Shown in pieces: positions 39,047 through 47,732 of a DNA stretch of 64,000 bases. The position numbers were made by a program, and so were the translations under genes. The notes under the pieces are model-generated. The model was given only the letters and a program-made list of their open reading frames with translations, searched no databases and was not told where the DNA came from. The DNA comes from Desulfovibrio sp. UCD-KL4C. Lineage in GTDB: Bacteria > Desulfobacterota > Desulfovibrionia > Desulfovibrionales > Desulfovibrionaceae. The stretch covers positions 34,377-98,376 of the forward strand of contig NZ_VCNC01000007.1 of assembly GCF_006210265.1 (NCBI RefSeq), written 5' to 3'. Each line of letters opens with the position of its first letter. Positions within the stretch are counted from its first letter, which is position 1.

Positions 39047-39778
39047 ATGGGTAAAAAAAAGCAGAAAAAATTTCCTGATCCGGGTGGAGCCTGGCTGGTC
39101 ACCTTTTCTGATCTTGTTACGCTTCTTTTGACTTTTTTTGTGCTCTTGCTCAGCATGGCTTCTATGGATCAGAGTTTTATTACCAGAGTTACGATTACTC
39201 CCGCGGAGCTTGGCTTTCTTTCCAAAAGAGGGGCGGGCAAGGTTACAGCCAAAGTCGCTTTAGTCAGTGAAATGCTGGAACGTCCTTGGGAAGTGCTTGA
39301 AAAGCAGAATAGGATTAAGGATTTATTATTTCCTGATGAAATCCTTCCAGCGGAAATGGATAAGTCCACACTTGAAGAGAATCTGAAAGTTCTTGCAAAA
39401 CCCGAAGGGGTTGCCCTTGTGCTTACAGACAAGATGCTTTTCCCTCTTGGTAAGTATGAACTTGATGACAATGCGAAAGTTCTGCTTTATCAACTGGTTC
39501 CTGTGCTTGAATATCTATCAACTGCTGGTATTAATATTTCGGGATATACTGATGATGTGGGAGGGATGAGTCCTTCTAATTTTGAACTTTCCGGGCGGCG
39601 CGCAATGTCCGTGCTTACTTATTTTGTTGAGCAGGGTATTTCTAATCAGAGACTTACAGTGTCGGCTTATGGTCCTACGTATCCGTTGTTTAGTAATAAA
39701 ACACCGGAAGGTAGAAACCAGAACAGACGTGTAGAGATTTTGATTAAGACAACTCCCCATTTGGGCGGGTATTCGTAA
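39047..39778 (+). CDS. second MotB/OmpA-family stator-like protein
   Basis: 243 aa. WLVTFSDLVTLLLTFFVLL plus a canonical OmpA-like motif GYTDDVG...NFELSGRRAMSV...NRRVEILI. Confidence 0.8.
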   Translation: MGKKKQKKFPDPGGAWLVTFSDLVTLLLTFFVLLLSMASMDQSFITRVTITPAELGFLSKRGAGKVTAKVALVSEMLERPWEVLEKQNRIKDLLFPDEILPAEMDKSTLEENLKVLAKPEGVALVLTDKMLFPLGKYELDDNAKVLLYQLVPVLEYLSTAGINISGYTDDVGGMSPSNFELSGRRAMSVLTYFVEQGISNQRLTVSAYGPTYPLFSNKTPEGRNQNRRVEILIKTTPHLGGYS

Positions 39779-39813
39779 TTTCGCACTATTAAAACTTAAG
39801 AGGGCTAATTATT

Positions 39814-40317
39814 ATGGCCGATGAAGTAGAACAAGAGTCGAAGAAAAAAGGCGGTATGTTGAAGTGGATTATTCTTATTCTGCTTCTTGCTGTTCTTGGT
39901 GGTGGTGGTTTTTTTGCTTACAAGAAGTTTTTTGCCGCAGCTCCTAAAGATGCGGCTGAAACCACGCAGGCTGAAGAACAGACTGCTGATCCTAATGCGG
40001 CACCTTTGCCCGGAAGTGGTTTCAGCGTGACCTTGCCTACTTTTGTAGTAAACCTTGCCGATCCTCTCGGACGCAGATATTTGAAGCTGGGCGTTGATGT
40101 TGAAGTCGTAAGCGAAGAAGCAGTCGCTGAGCTTAATAAAAAAGAGCCTATGGTTAAAGACTCGCTCATTTTGTTACTTTCCAGTAAGACCTTTCAAGAT
40201 CTTTCCAGCATGGAGAATAAGATTCTCCTTAAAAAAGAAATTGTGGACAGGCTCAACCAGATAATGGGAGGAGCTAAAGTTTTACAGGTATATTTTACAG
40301 ATATGGTTATCCAGTAG
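39814..40317 (+). CDS. fliL: flagellar basal-body-associated protein FliL
   Basis: 167 aa. Single N-terminal TM and the FliL pattern FVVNLADPLGRRYLKLGVDVEV...VYFTDMVIQ. Confidence 0.8.
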   Translation: MADEVEQESKKKGGMLKWIILILLLAVLGGGGFFAYKKFFAAAPKDAAETTQAEEQTADPNAAPLPGSGFSVTLPTFVVNLADPLGRRYLKLGVDVEVVSEEAVAELNKKEPMVKDSLILLLSSKTFQDLSSMENKILLKKEIVDRLNQIMGGAKVLQVYFTDMVIQ

Positions 40318-40418
40318 CACGCTTTTTGCTAATGCTGTATTGTACTGTCGGGTTAATGACATTTAACACTAAATATTCGGCAGACAATAAATGATTAAGC
40401 CGGAGGTTTGAGGCAATT

Positions 40419-41093
40419 ATGGCTGATGATCTTGAACAAGATAAGCTCGCTCAGGAGTGGGCTGATGCACTAAGCGAAGATTCGAGTAGCGATGATGCTT
40501 TAGGGGCAGATCCAGGTGACGGTAATGATGACGCTCTTGCTGACGAGTGGGCTTCTGCTCTTTCCGAGCAGGGTGACGATGAGGGTGGTGAAGATGCTCT
40601 TGCCGATGAATGGGCGGCAGCTTTAGGTGAGCAGGGTGATGATGAAGGTGCTGCAGGCTCCAACTCAGGTGATGATGGTGCGCTTGCGGACGAATGGGCA
40701 TCTGCGCTTGCTGAAGATACTGGAGATGATATCCGTAAGGAAAAAGAGCAAGAATTTCTTCGCACTCAGACTCGGGATGCTGATTTTAAGGATTTTACAA
40801 GTGAAGCAAAAAATCCACGTCATGACGGATCAAGACGAGATTTAGATTTTATTTTAGATATTCCACTTGATGTTTCAGCTGAACTTGGCCGGACAAAAAT
40901 GCTTATTAATGAGCTGTTGCAGCTTGGAACAGGCTCTGTTGTGGAACTTACCAAGCTTGCAGGTGAGCCTCTTGAAATTTATGTGAACGGAAAGCTGGTT
41001 GCTAGAGGCGAAGCCGTTGTAATTAACGAAAAATTCGGCATCAGGCTTACTGATATTATTAGTCCTATTGAAAGGGTTAAACATCTTGCTTAA
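40419..41093 (+). CDS. fliN: flagellar motor switch protein FliN with extended acidic repeat N-terminus
   Basis: 224 aa. The C-terminal SpoA/FliN domain is LDIPLDVSAELGRTKMLINELLQLGTGSVVELTKLAGEPLEIYVNGKLVARGEAVVINEKFGIRLTDI. The N-terminal ~110 aa are acidic with four ALADEWAxAL-type repeats. Confidence 0.85.
   Translation: MADDLEQDKLAQEWADALSEDSSSDDALGADPGDGNDDALADEWASALSEQGDDEGGEDALADEWAAALGEQGDDEGAAGSNSGDDGALADEWASALAEDTGDDIRKEKEQEFLRTQTRDADFKDFTSEAKNPRHDGSRRDLDFILDIPLDVSAELGRTKMLINELLQLGTGSVVELTKLAGEPLEIYVNGKLVARGEAVVINEKFGIRLTDIISPIERVKHLA
40446..40718 (+). repeat. four imperfect in-frame repeats encoding (A)LA(D/Q)EWAxAL(S/G/A)E(Q/D)
   Basis: Copies begin near 40446, 40533, 40596 and 40680, for example gctcttgctgacgagtgggcttctgctctttccgagcag versus gctcttgccgatgaatgggcggcagctttaggtgagcag. 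Confidence 0.8.
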
Positions 41094-41100
41094 CGCTACA

Positions 41101-41454
41101 ATGCCGCTAGCAATGGCTCCTCCAGAGGTTGGATTCAGTTCCGTCCTTAAAATGTCCGGAGCACTGTTTTTTATTCTGGCAATGCTGCTGCTGGTTTTTT
41201 ATATTATGCGGCGTCTTAATCTCGGTGGAACTTTTTCCCCGATGCGGTCAAGAGATTTGCAGGTTGTAGAACGGCTTGCGCTTGGACCTCGTCAAAATAT
41301 TACAGTTGTTAAATATCGTGGTCAGGAACTTGTGCTTGGTGTCACTCAGGATAGAATTACTCTGCTTCAAGCAAGGGACGAAGTTAATGGTACGGATCAC
41401 ACAAAATTTGCCGGAGCTCTTAAAAAAGAAACTACCGGCTCTTCTGACTCTTAG
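41101..41454 (+). CDS. fliO: flagellar biosynthesis protein FliO
   Basis: Start uncertain: ATG 41101 lies just after the fliN stop, while the ORF track uses TTG 41068. Single TM ALFFILAMLLLVFYIM and the FliO pattern LQVVERLALGPRQNITVVKYRGQELVLGVT. Confidence 0.6.
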   Translation: MPLAMAPPEVGFSSVLKMSGALFFILAMLLLVFYIMRRLNLGGTFSPMRSRDLQVVERLALGPRQNITVVKYRGQELVLGVTQDRITLLQARDEVNGTDHTKFAGALKKETTGSSDS

Positions 41455-42181
41455 CGCAGTATTGCTGCTGGTTTTGCCTGCGGTTGTTTTCGCGCAGGAT
41501 CAGACCATTCCGACTTTGACTCTGAATCTTGCGGCAGGGCAGGAAGAGCCTGAGCAGGTTTCACGTCTGCTTGAAATCCTTTTTTTACTGACCGTTTTGG
41601 GTATGGCTCCGTCCATACTCCTGACAATGACTTCTTTTACAAGAATTATTATTGTCTTTCATTTTTTGAGACAGGCTATGGGTACGCAGCAGATGCCGCC
41701 TAACCAGATCCTTGCAAGTCTCGCAATTTTTATGACTGTAGTAATAATGATGCCTACAGGTAAAGCTATAAATAACACAGCATTACAGCCGTATCTTAAC
41801 GAAGAAATCGGCTTCAAAGAGGCTCTGAACAGAGCTCAGATTCCAGCTAGAAAGTTTCTATTTAAGCATACCAGAGAAAAGGATCTTTCAATTTTCTATT
41901 CCATAACAGGTGAAGTAAGACCTAAAACGAAAGAGGATGTTAATACCATGCTTTTGGTTGCTGCTTATACAATCAGTGAGCTTAAGACCGGGTTTACCAT
42001 CGGATTTTTGATTTATGTACCGTTTTTGATTTTGGATATGGTTATTGCCAGTATTCTGCTGGCTATGGGGATGATGATGCTGCCGCCTGCAATGGTTTCA
42101 TTACCATTTAAGATTCTTTTGTTTATTATGGTCGACGGGTGGTCCCTGCTAACTGGTTCGCTTGTGAATACTTTTAAGTGA
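41387..42181 (+). CDS. fliP: flagellar type III export protein FliP
   Basis: Start set to ATG 41387, followed by signal peptide KKKLPALLTLSAVLLLVLPAVVFA. Conserved motifs are TSFTRIIIVFHFLRQAMG and GFTIGFLIYVPFLILDMVIASILLAMGMMMLPP. The start overlaps the fliO 3' end and is uncertain. Confidence 0.9.
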   Translation: MVRITQNLPELLKKKLPALLTLSAVLLLVLPAVVFAQDQTIPTLTLNLAAGQEEPEQVSRLLEILFLLTVLGMAPSILLTMTSFTRIIIVFHFLRQAMGTQQMPPNQILASLAIFMTVVIMMPTGKAINNTALQPYLNEEIGFKEALNRAQIPARKFLFKHTREKDLSIFYSITGEVRPKTKEDVNTMLLVAAYTISELKTGFTIGFLIYVPFLILDMVIASILLAMGMMMLPPAMVSLPFKILLFIMVDGWSLLTGSLVNTFK

Positions 42182-42248
42182 CGAAGTAGTTATTTTTTTG
42201 AGGGAGTGGTGTGACCTTGAAGTGGTTTGTTAATATACGGAGATAGTT

Positions 42249-42518
42249 ATGACCCCTGAATTCGTTATCGGATTCGCAAGACAGTCAATTGAATTATCCC
42301 TTACGCTGGCGTTGCCGATGCTTGGGGTCGGTTTGGTTGTAGGTATTTTTGTAAGTATTATTCAGGCCGCAACGCAGATTCAGGAAATGACGCTTACTTT
42401 TGTCCCGAAAATAGTATCAATGTTTATTGCTCTGCTTATAGCATTTCCGTGGATCATGGACAAAATGATCGATTTTACACGTAATATCTTTTTAAATCTT
42501 CCTAATTATATACGATGA
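42249..42518 (+). CDS. fliQ: flagellar type III export protein FliQ
   Basis: 89 aa. Two TM segments and the motif IQAATQIQEMTLTFVPK. Confidence 0.9.
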   Translation: MTPEFVIGFARQSIELSLTLALPMLGVGLVVGIFVSIIQAATQIQEMTLTFVPKIVSMFIALLIAFPWIMDKMIDFTRNIFLNLPNYIR

Positions 42519-42543
42519 TTTTTTAGCTTAATATGATATAAAT

Positions 42544-42578
42544 AAAGACTTTGGAACTAACAGCTCCAAGGTCTTTTT
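42544..42578. terminator. terminator after fliQ, shared with the convergent rlmB
   Basis: aaagactttgga pairs with tccaaggtcttt (one mismatch), followed by a T-run. Confidence 0.6.
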
Positions 42579-42598
42579 AATTTATAAAGCGGAGTTTA

Positions 42599-43354
42599 TT
42601 AAATTAAATTTCTAGAAAATTCGCTGATGAGTATTGCTCCTGCCTGTGCAACGTTAAGCGAGTCGAATTCACGCTTGAAAGGTATGTGAATCAGTTCCTG
42701 GCAACGTTTTTCAACACCAAGTCTGATTCCTTTTTCCTCGTTACCGAGAACCAATATTGCAGGACCTGCAAGTTTTACATCATATACTGGGTTTGAATCG
42801 TCAGCCAGTCCTGCTCCATAAATGTTTATGCCCATATCAAGAGCTTTATCCAATGCCTGAGATATATTTGAAACTCTGGCAATAGGTAATTTTGTTAAAG
42901 CGCCTGCACTTGCTTTTACGGCACCTGGTCCGAGAAATGCTGCGCCGTGGCGGGCAACAACAAGTCCAGCTCCGCCTAAGGAATATAAAGTTCTGGCAAG
43001 TGTTCCTACGTTGCCGGGATCTTGAACCTGATCAAGTACAACAATAAGTTGAAGCGGGGCTTCGGCCATATCTGCAATCAGTTCATCGAAATCTATAAAT
43101 GACAGTGCAGCGACTTTTGCGATTATCCCTTGATGATTTCCCGAAAATACACGTGCTAACTCTTCTTTGTCTGCAATTTTATATTTGATGCCGAATTTTT
43201 TACATCTTTCAATTGTTCTTTCGAAATTTTTGTCCTGACGGCCTTTTTGGACATAAAGCATGTCAATGCTCGTAGGATCGCTCAAAAGCAGCTCCTGAAC
43301 AGGTTTACGGCCTACAATGATGGAGTTTTCATCTTCTTGTGAGTTGTTTTTCAT
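42599..43354 (-). CDS. rlmB: TrmH/SpoU-family RNA 2'-O-methyltransferase (RlmB-like)
   Basis: 251 aa. N-terminal substrate-binding domain (GRKPVQELL) plus SpoU motifs DQVQDPGNVGTLARTL, LVLGNEEKGI and SLNVAQAGAI. Confidence 0.8.
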   Translation of the reverse strand: MKNNSQEDENSIIVGRKPVQELLLSDPTSIDMLYVQKGRQDKNFERTIERCKKFGIKYKIADKEELARVFSGNHQGIIAKVAALSFIDFDELIADMAEAPLQLIVVLDQVQDPGNVGTLARTLYSLGGAGLVVARHGAAFLGPGAVKASAGALTKLPIARVSNISQALDKALDMGINIYGAGLADDSNPVYDVKLAGPAILVLGNEEKGIRLGVEKRCQELIHIPFKREFDSLNVAQAGAILISEFSRNLI

Positions 43355-43809
43355 TAAAATTACCTTGTCTTACGAAAATATTATTTTGTGACAGTTATAG
43401 TTGAGAGTGTATTCACTGGTTTTTACCTGATTGATCAAGGTAAATGAACAAAAAAATGGTATTTGTCTATTTAGCCGTATTAATTATCAAAAAAATAAGA
43501 ATTAAATTTTGAGTGTGAAGTGGCTATAATTTCAGTTTAGCATGTATGGTCCTGAAACCTCTGAAAAAGAGCGCAAATGCTCACTGTTGAGCCATTTCGG
43601 AGTCTTTAATCTTTTTGTTTTGCTATTGCAAACATTCAAACTTTAGTATAGCTCTACTAATGTTTAATCTTGACCCTAAAAATAGCTAAAAATTCTTTAT
43701 TTTTAAACATTTAAATATCTTTAAGCTTAACTAACTAATTAAAACCTATAGTTTTTCTAGAAAATTTATGGATATAAATAGCATATATAACTCAAAGGTG
43801 GAGCAGACT

Positions 43810-45426
43810 ATGAATAGCCCGAAATTATTTCGTTTCGTTGCGCTACTAGCTCTTTTTATTTTTTTTACAGGCTGTGCGCATAAAACTGTAACTCCGGACT
43901 CACAATCTGAAGTTATTTTATCTGATAATAGTACTGTCGAGGCTGATTATACTGATGCAGGAGTTGAAACTCTTGATCCTGAGCTTGAAGCTGTTCCTGC
44001 TGAACCTCAAGAATTGACACCTGAAGAACAGAAAGCGTTGCTTTCCAGCAGTTGTGGAATAAATTTTGACCTTGATGTTCACGAGACTAAAGAAGTACAG
44101 CAGCATTTTGGGTATTTTACACATAAGGCCCGTAAAACTTTCACTAACTGGCTTAAACGGGCTGAACCATTTTTGCCATATGTTCGCGAAGTTCTCTCTC
44201 AGAATAATATGCCACAGGATCTTGCGATGCTTCCTTTCGCTGAAAGCGGGTATAACTCCATGGCTTATTCAAGAGTTGGCGCCGCTGGGATGTGGCAATT
44301 TATGCCTTATACAGGGCGTAAATATGGACTCAGAGTCGACTGGTGGGTTGATGAGCGCAGAGACCCTCATAAAGCTACACTTGCAGCAGTTGAATATTTA
44401 AAAGTTCTTCATGGAATGTTCGGTGATTGGTATTTGGCACTTGCTGCATACAATGCCGGGGAAGGTAAAATCGGCAGGGCACTTAAAAAAACCGGAGCAG
44501 AGGACTTTTTTGATCTTAGTCAAAAAAATCATAGGCTCAGCAGAAGATATAGATTGAGAGCTGAAACTAAAAATTACGTTCCTAAATTTATCGCTATTTC
44601 TAAAATATTTAAAAATCTCGAACCACTTGGATTTGAGAAAATTAATTGGGAAAACGGTTTGCAAGTTGAGACTATTAAAGTTCCCGGTGGAACAGATTTA
44701 CTTGCCCTTGCAAAGTCCTGTAATATGAAGTGGAGTGATTTTCACAAGTTGAATCCTCATTTCCGCAGACAAGTCAGTCCTCCTGATGCTGTTACAAATG
44801 CATATTTACCGCTTAGATTAATGGCGAAGGCTTCAAGCTATCTTGAAAGCCCTCGTTCAAGGCCTTTTGCCGGTTATAAACGTTACAAAATTCGTCGCGG
44901 CGATTCATGGAATCGTATTGGTCATAGATATCATGTACCAGTGGCAGTTCTTAAAAGTGTGAACAATCGGAAATCAAATTTGATTAAGCCCGGCCAGTTT
45001 GTAATGATTCCGGGAAGAGGCTCATCAAATCGTTTTGACACACGTGCAGTTACAAAAACTCGTCGTACAGCCCAGAATAGGGCAAATTATAAAGTACGCA
45101 GCGGAGACACCTTATGGGATATCGCCAGTCGTTACCGTGTAAGTGTAAATACTCTTAAGCGTTCAAACGGTTTGCGTTCATCAAGACTTAAGATAGGACA
45201 AAAATTATACATTCCCGATAATTCAGCTCGGAGAACAAAGATTTCTAATGCTAAGGCTGAAAATGTTAATAATCAGCTAGTAAAATATAAAGTAAGGCGC
45301 GGTGATAATTTATACGGAATAGCTCGCCGCTTTGGGGTTAAGGTTTCTTCACTCATGAAATGGAACAGACTTAATTCTAAAAGTATTATTAGACCAGGTG
45401 ACAGAATCAAGGTTTACGTTCAGTAA
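43810..45426 (+). CDS. lipoprotein lytic transglycosylase with three LysM domains (MltD-like)
   Basis: Start set to ATG 43810 (GGTGGAG RBS). Lipobox LFIFFTGC, SLT catalytic region ESGYNSMAYSRVGAAGMWQFMPYTG, and three LysM repeats (YKIRRGDSWNRIG, YKVRSGDTLWDIA, YKVRRGDNLYGIA). Confidence 0.85.
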   Translation: MNSPKLFRFVALLALFIFFTGCAHKTVTPDSQSEVILSDNSTVEADYTDAGVETLDPELEAVPAEPQELTPEEQKALLSSSCGINFDLDVHETKEVQQHFGYFTHKARKTFTNWLKRAEPFLPYVREVLSQNNMPQDLAMLPFAESGYNSMAYSRVGAAGMWQFMPYTGRKYGLRVDWWVDERRDPHKATLAAVEYLKVLHGMFGDWYLALAAYNAGEGKIGRALKKTGAEDFFDLSQKNHRLSRRYRLRAETKNYVPKFIAISKIFKNLEPLGFEKINWENGLQVETIKVPGGTDLLALAKSCNMKWSDFHKLNPHFRRQVSPPDAVTNAYLPLRLMAKASSYLESPRSRPFAGYKRYKIRRGDSWNRIGHRYHVPVAVLKSVNNRKSNLIKPGQFVMIPGRGSSNRFDTRAVTKTRRTAQNRANYKVRSGDTLWDIASRYRVSVNTLKRSNGLRSSRLKIGQKLYIPDNSARRTKISNAKAENVNNQLVKYKVRRGDNLYGIARRFGVKVSSLMKWNRLNSKSIIRPGDRIKVYVQ

Positions 45427-45446
45427 AGTCTGATATTTAGTTCATT

Positions 45447-45484
45447 AAAAAAGCCCGTTGCAGTAGCTGCAACGGGCTTTTTTT
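45447..45484. terminator. strong bidirectional terminator between the transglycosylase gene and aroE
   Basis: aaaaaagcccgttgcag-tag-ctgcaacgggctttttt. Confidence 0.85.
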
Positions 45485-45499
45485 ATACTTTAAGTAAAC

Positions 45500-46318
45500 T
45501 TACAAATGCTCGAGTAAAATTTTTCTGGCTCTTAATTCATCTAAGTCATGTCCTGTCCAAATTTTAAACTGCGCTAAGCCCTGATGTAAAAACATTTCAA
45601 TTCCGCTGAGTGTTTTACAACCTTTTTCTTTAGCTTCTTTAAGAAGAACAGTTTCAAGAGGATTGTAGATTAGATCGTAGACAATCGTTTTTTCATCAAC
45701 ATTATCCATGATCATGGGGTTGATTTTTTGCTTGTCACCTGACATTCCAAGCGAGGTTGAATTTATGATGAGATCATAATGTTCATTGCCTCTTTTATTC
45801 CAATCTACACATGATATTCCAAATTCTTCAGCTAGTTTATCAGCTTTGGATTTTGTTCTGTTTGTAATAACAATTTCTCTTATTTGCAGTGTTTTTAGTC
45901 CTACGATTGCTGCGCGTGATGCTCCGCCTGCGCCTAGAAGTAAAGCTTTTTTAACGTGATCACAGTGTGGTCTGAGAGGCTCTGAGCATCCAGCCGTATC
46001 GGTATTATCACCAATCAGTTTATCTTGTTCCCAGTATAGAGTGTTCACAGCTCCAACGCCCTTTGCGCGCGTAGTCAGCTCATCAATGTAGTCCATTACA
46101 GAAATTTTGTGCGGAATGGTAACGCTTGCTCCTGAAATTGGGAGGGTTTTAAATGCATTCATAAAGTCTGCTATCTTTTCTGGAGCAGTAGGCCATGCCA
46201 TATATACAGCTTTTATGTCTTTTAGTGCAAAACCCCAGTTATGTAGAAGTGGGCTCATTGAGTGCCCAAGGGGGTAGCCGATTATTCCGAAAAGTTTTTC
46301 GGGCTTCAAAACGTTCAT
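45500..46318 (-). CDS. aroE: shikimate dehydrogenase
   Basis: 272 aa. GYPLGHSMSPLLHN, VTIPHK, NTD and GAGGASRA motifs. Confidence 0.9.
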   Translation of the reverse strand: MNVLKPEKLFGIIGYPLGHSMSPLLHNWGFALKDIKAVYMAWPTAPEKIADFMNAFKTLPISGASVTIPHKISVMDYIDELTTRAKGVGAVNTLYWEQDKLIGDNTDTAGCSEPLRPHCDHVKKALLLGAGGASRAAIVGLKTLQIREIVITNRTKSKADKLAEEFGISCVDWNKRGNEHYDLIINSTSLGMSGDKQKINPMIMDNVDEKTIVYDLIYNPLETVLLKEAKEKGCKTLSGIEMFLHQGLAQFKIWTGHDLDELRARKILLEHL

Positions 46319-46343
46319 TTTTGGCTCCTTAGATGAATAGAAA

Positions 46344-46380
46344 GCCCGGATAGATGTGCATAAAGCCTTTCTATCCGGGC
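46344..46380 (-). terminator. hairpin downstream of the oxidoreductase operon
   Basis: gcccggatag pairs with ctatccgggc (10 bp, 17-nt loop). The minus-strand tail is tttctattc. Confidence 0.5.
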
Positions 46381-46415
46381 CTTGATAGCCTTTATGATTA
46401 CTGCGATTTTTTTAA

Positions 46416-46961
46416 TTAAGCAACAGTGTTCGCTCCGGCTTGTAGGGCTTCAGCATTTTTGGGTATCAGATGGCTGTAGTGAGCTGAAATTACATTCGGC
46501 AGGCTTTCAATAACAGCCGTAAGGTCAATAATTCCACTTGCTTTAATGAATGCTCCAAGGGCTACCATATTTGCCATGCGGCTATTGCCTAGTTTGTCAG
46601 CAATATCGTTAGCAGGAACAAGGTATGATTTGACACGCTCAGTCTCAACTAGTTCTTTATCAATCAGAGATGAGTTTATAATCTGGATTCCACCGTCCAT
46701 GAGCCTAGGCTGGAATTTATCAAGTGAAGGGCGGTTCATAGCAATCAGACTGTGTGGACTGCGGATGATTGGAGATCCAATCTCTTCTTCAGAAAGAACA
46801 ACTGTGCAGTTGGCTGTTCCGCCGCGCATTTCAGGTCCGTATACAGGGATGTAAGTTACATTAAGGCCGGCATTCATACCCGCATACGCCAACAGATTGC
46901 CGATAAGCATGACACCCTGTCCGCCGAATCCGGCAATAATGCTGTCAATATACTTGCTCAT
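46416..46961 (-). CDS. 2-oxoacid:ferredoxin oxidoreductase, gamma subunit
   Basis: 181 aa. GFGGQGVMLIGNLLA motif. Last gene of the delta-alpha-beta-gamma operon. Substrate (2-oxoglutarate, 2-oxoisovalerate or pyruvate) cannot be told from sequence by eye. Confidence 0.85.
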   Translation of the reverse strand: MSKYIDSIIAGFGGQGVMLIGNLLAYAGMNAGLNVTYIPVYGPEMRGGTANCTVVLSEEEIGSPIIRSPHSLIAMNRPSLDKFQPRLMDGGIQIINSSLIDKELVETERVKSYLVPANDIADKLGNSRMANMVALGAFIKASGIIDLTAVIESLPNVISAHYSHLIPKNAEALQAGANTVA

Positions 46962-46965
46962 CTGG

Positions 46966-47730
46966 TTAACCCTCCGTTTCCACTGTTAAATCTTTAAAAA
47001 CTCCAAGCGGAAAGTAAGGAATCAGTTCTTCTTCGATCCTTTCGTTAGCTTTAATAGGAGTCATTCTCCAGTTTGTCGGGCAGGTTGCCAGAAGTTCTAT
47101 AAATCCGAATCCAAGTTCTTTCTGTTGAACTTCAAAAGCTTTTTTCATAGCTTTTTTGGCTTTACGGATATTTTTAACATTATTCAAAGCTACACGTGCG
47201 GAAAAAGCTGTTCCACCAAGTTGGCCTATTATTTCAGCCATGCGGATAGGCATACCTTCTTTACTGGCATTACGTCCGGCAGGTGATGTTGTAGTCTTTT
47301 GGCCAACCATTGTAGTCGGAGCCATCTGTCCACCAGTCATTCCGTAAACAGTGTTGTTTACGAAGATGATTGAAATGTTCTCTCCGCGATTTGCGCAGTG
47401 CATAATTTCAGCCATACCGATTGAAGCTAGATCTCCGTCTCCCTGATAGGAAAGAACAAATTTGTCTGGGCGTGCCCTTTTAGCACCTGTTGCAACTGCA
47501 GGAGCGCGTCCGTGAGGAGCTTCAACACTATCGACATTCAGGTAGTTATAAAGGAATACAGAACAGCCGATAGCGGTAATGAGAAGAGTGTTCTCGGTAA
47601 GCCCCATTTCGCTAAGAAGTTCTCCTGCCAGTCTTTGCGTTACACCGTGCTGACAGCCTGGACAGTAGTGTGTCGGGATATCTACAAGTGCATCGGCTTT
47701 GTCGAATGCGAGGATTTCTTGTTCACTCAT
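46966..47730 (-). CDS. 2-oxoacid:ferredoxin oxidoreductase, beta (TPP-binding) subunit
   Basis: 254 aa. CPGCQHG and GDGDLASIG...NNTVYGMTGGQ TPP motif. Confidence 0.9.
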   Translation of the reverse strand: MSEQEILAFDKADALVDIPTHYCPGCQHGVTQRLAGELLSEMGLTENTLLITAIGCSVFLYNYLNVDSVEAPHGRAPAVATGAKRARPDKFVLSYQGDGDLASIGMAEIMHCANRGENISIIFVNNTVYGMTGGQMAPTTMVGQKTTTSPAGRNASKEGMPIRMAEIIGQLGGTAFSARVALNNVKNIRKAKKAMKKAFEVQQKELGFGFIELLATCPTNWRMTPIKANERIEEELIPYFPLGVFKDLTVETEG

Positions 47731-47732
47731 AT

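Noticed and set aside
40417-40765. Two minus-strand ORFs (His/Pro-rich and Ser/Ala-rich) opposite the fliN 5' region
   Set aside because: They are artefacts of the GA/GC-rich acidic repeat in fliN. The repetitive low-complexity translations mirror the sense-strand repeats.
41276-41386. N-terminal 37-codon extension of the fliP ORF
   Set aside because: The extension lies inside fliO in another frame. A normal FliP signal peptide begins just after the internal ATG at 41387.
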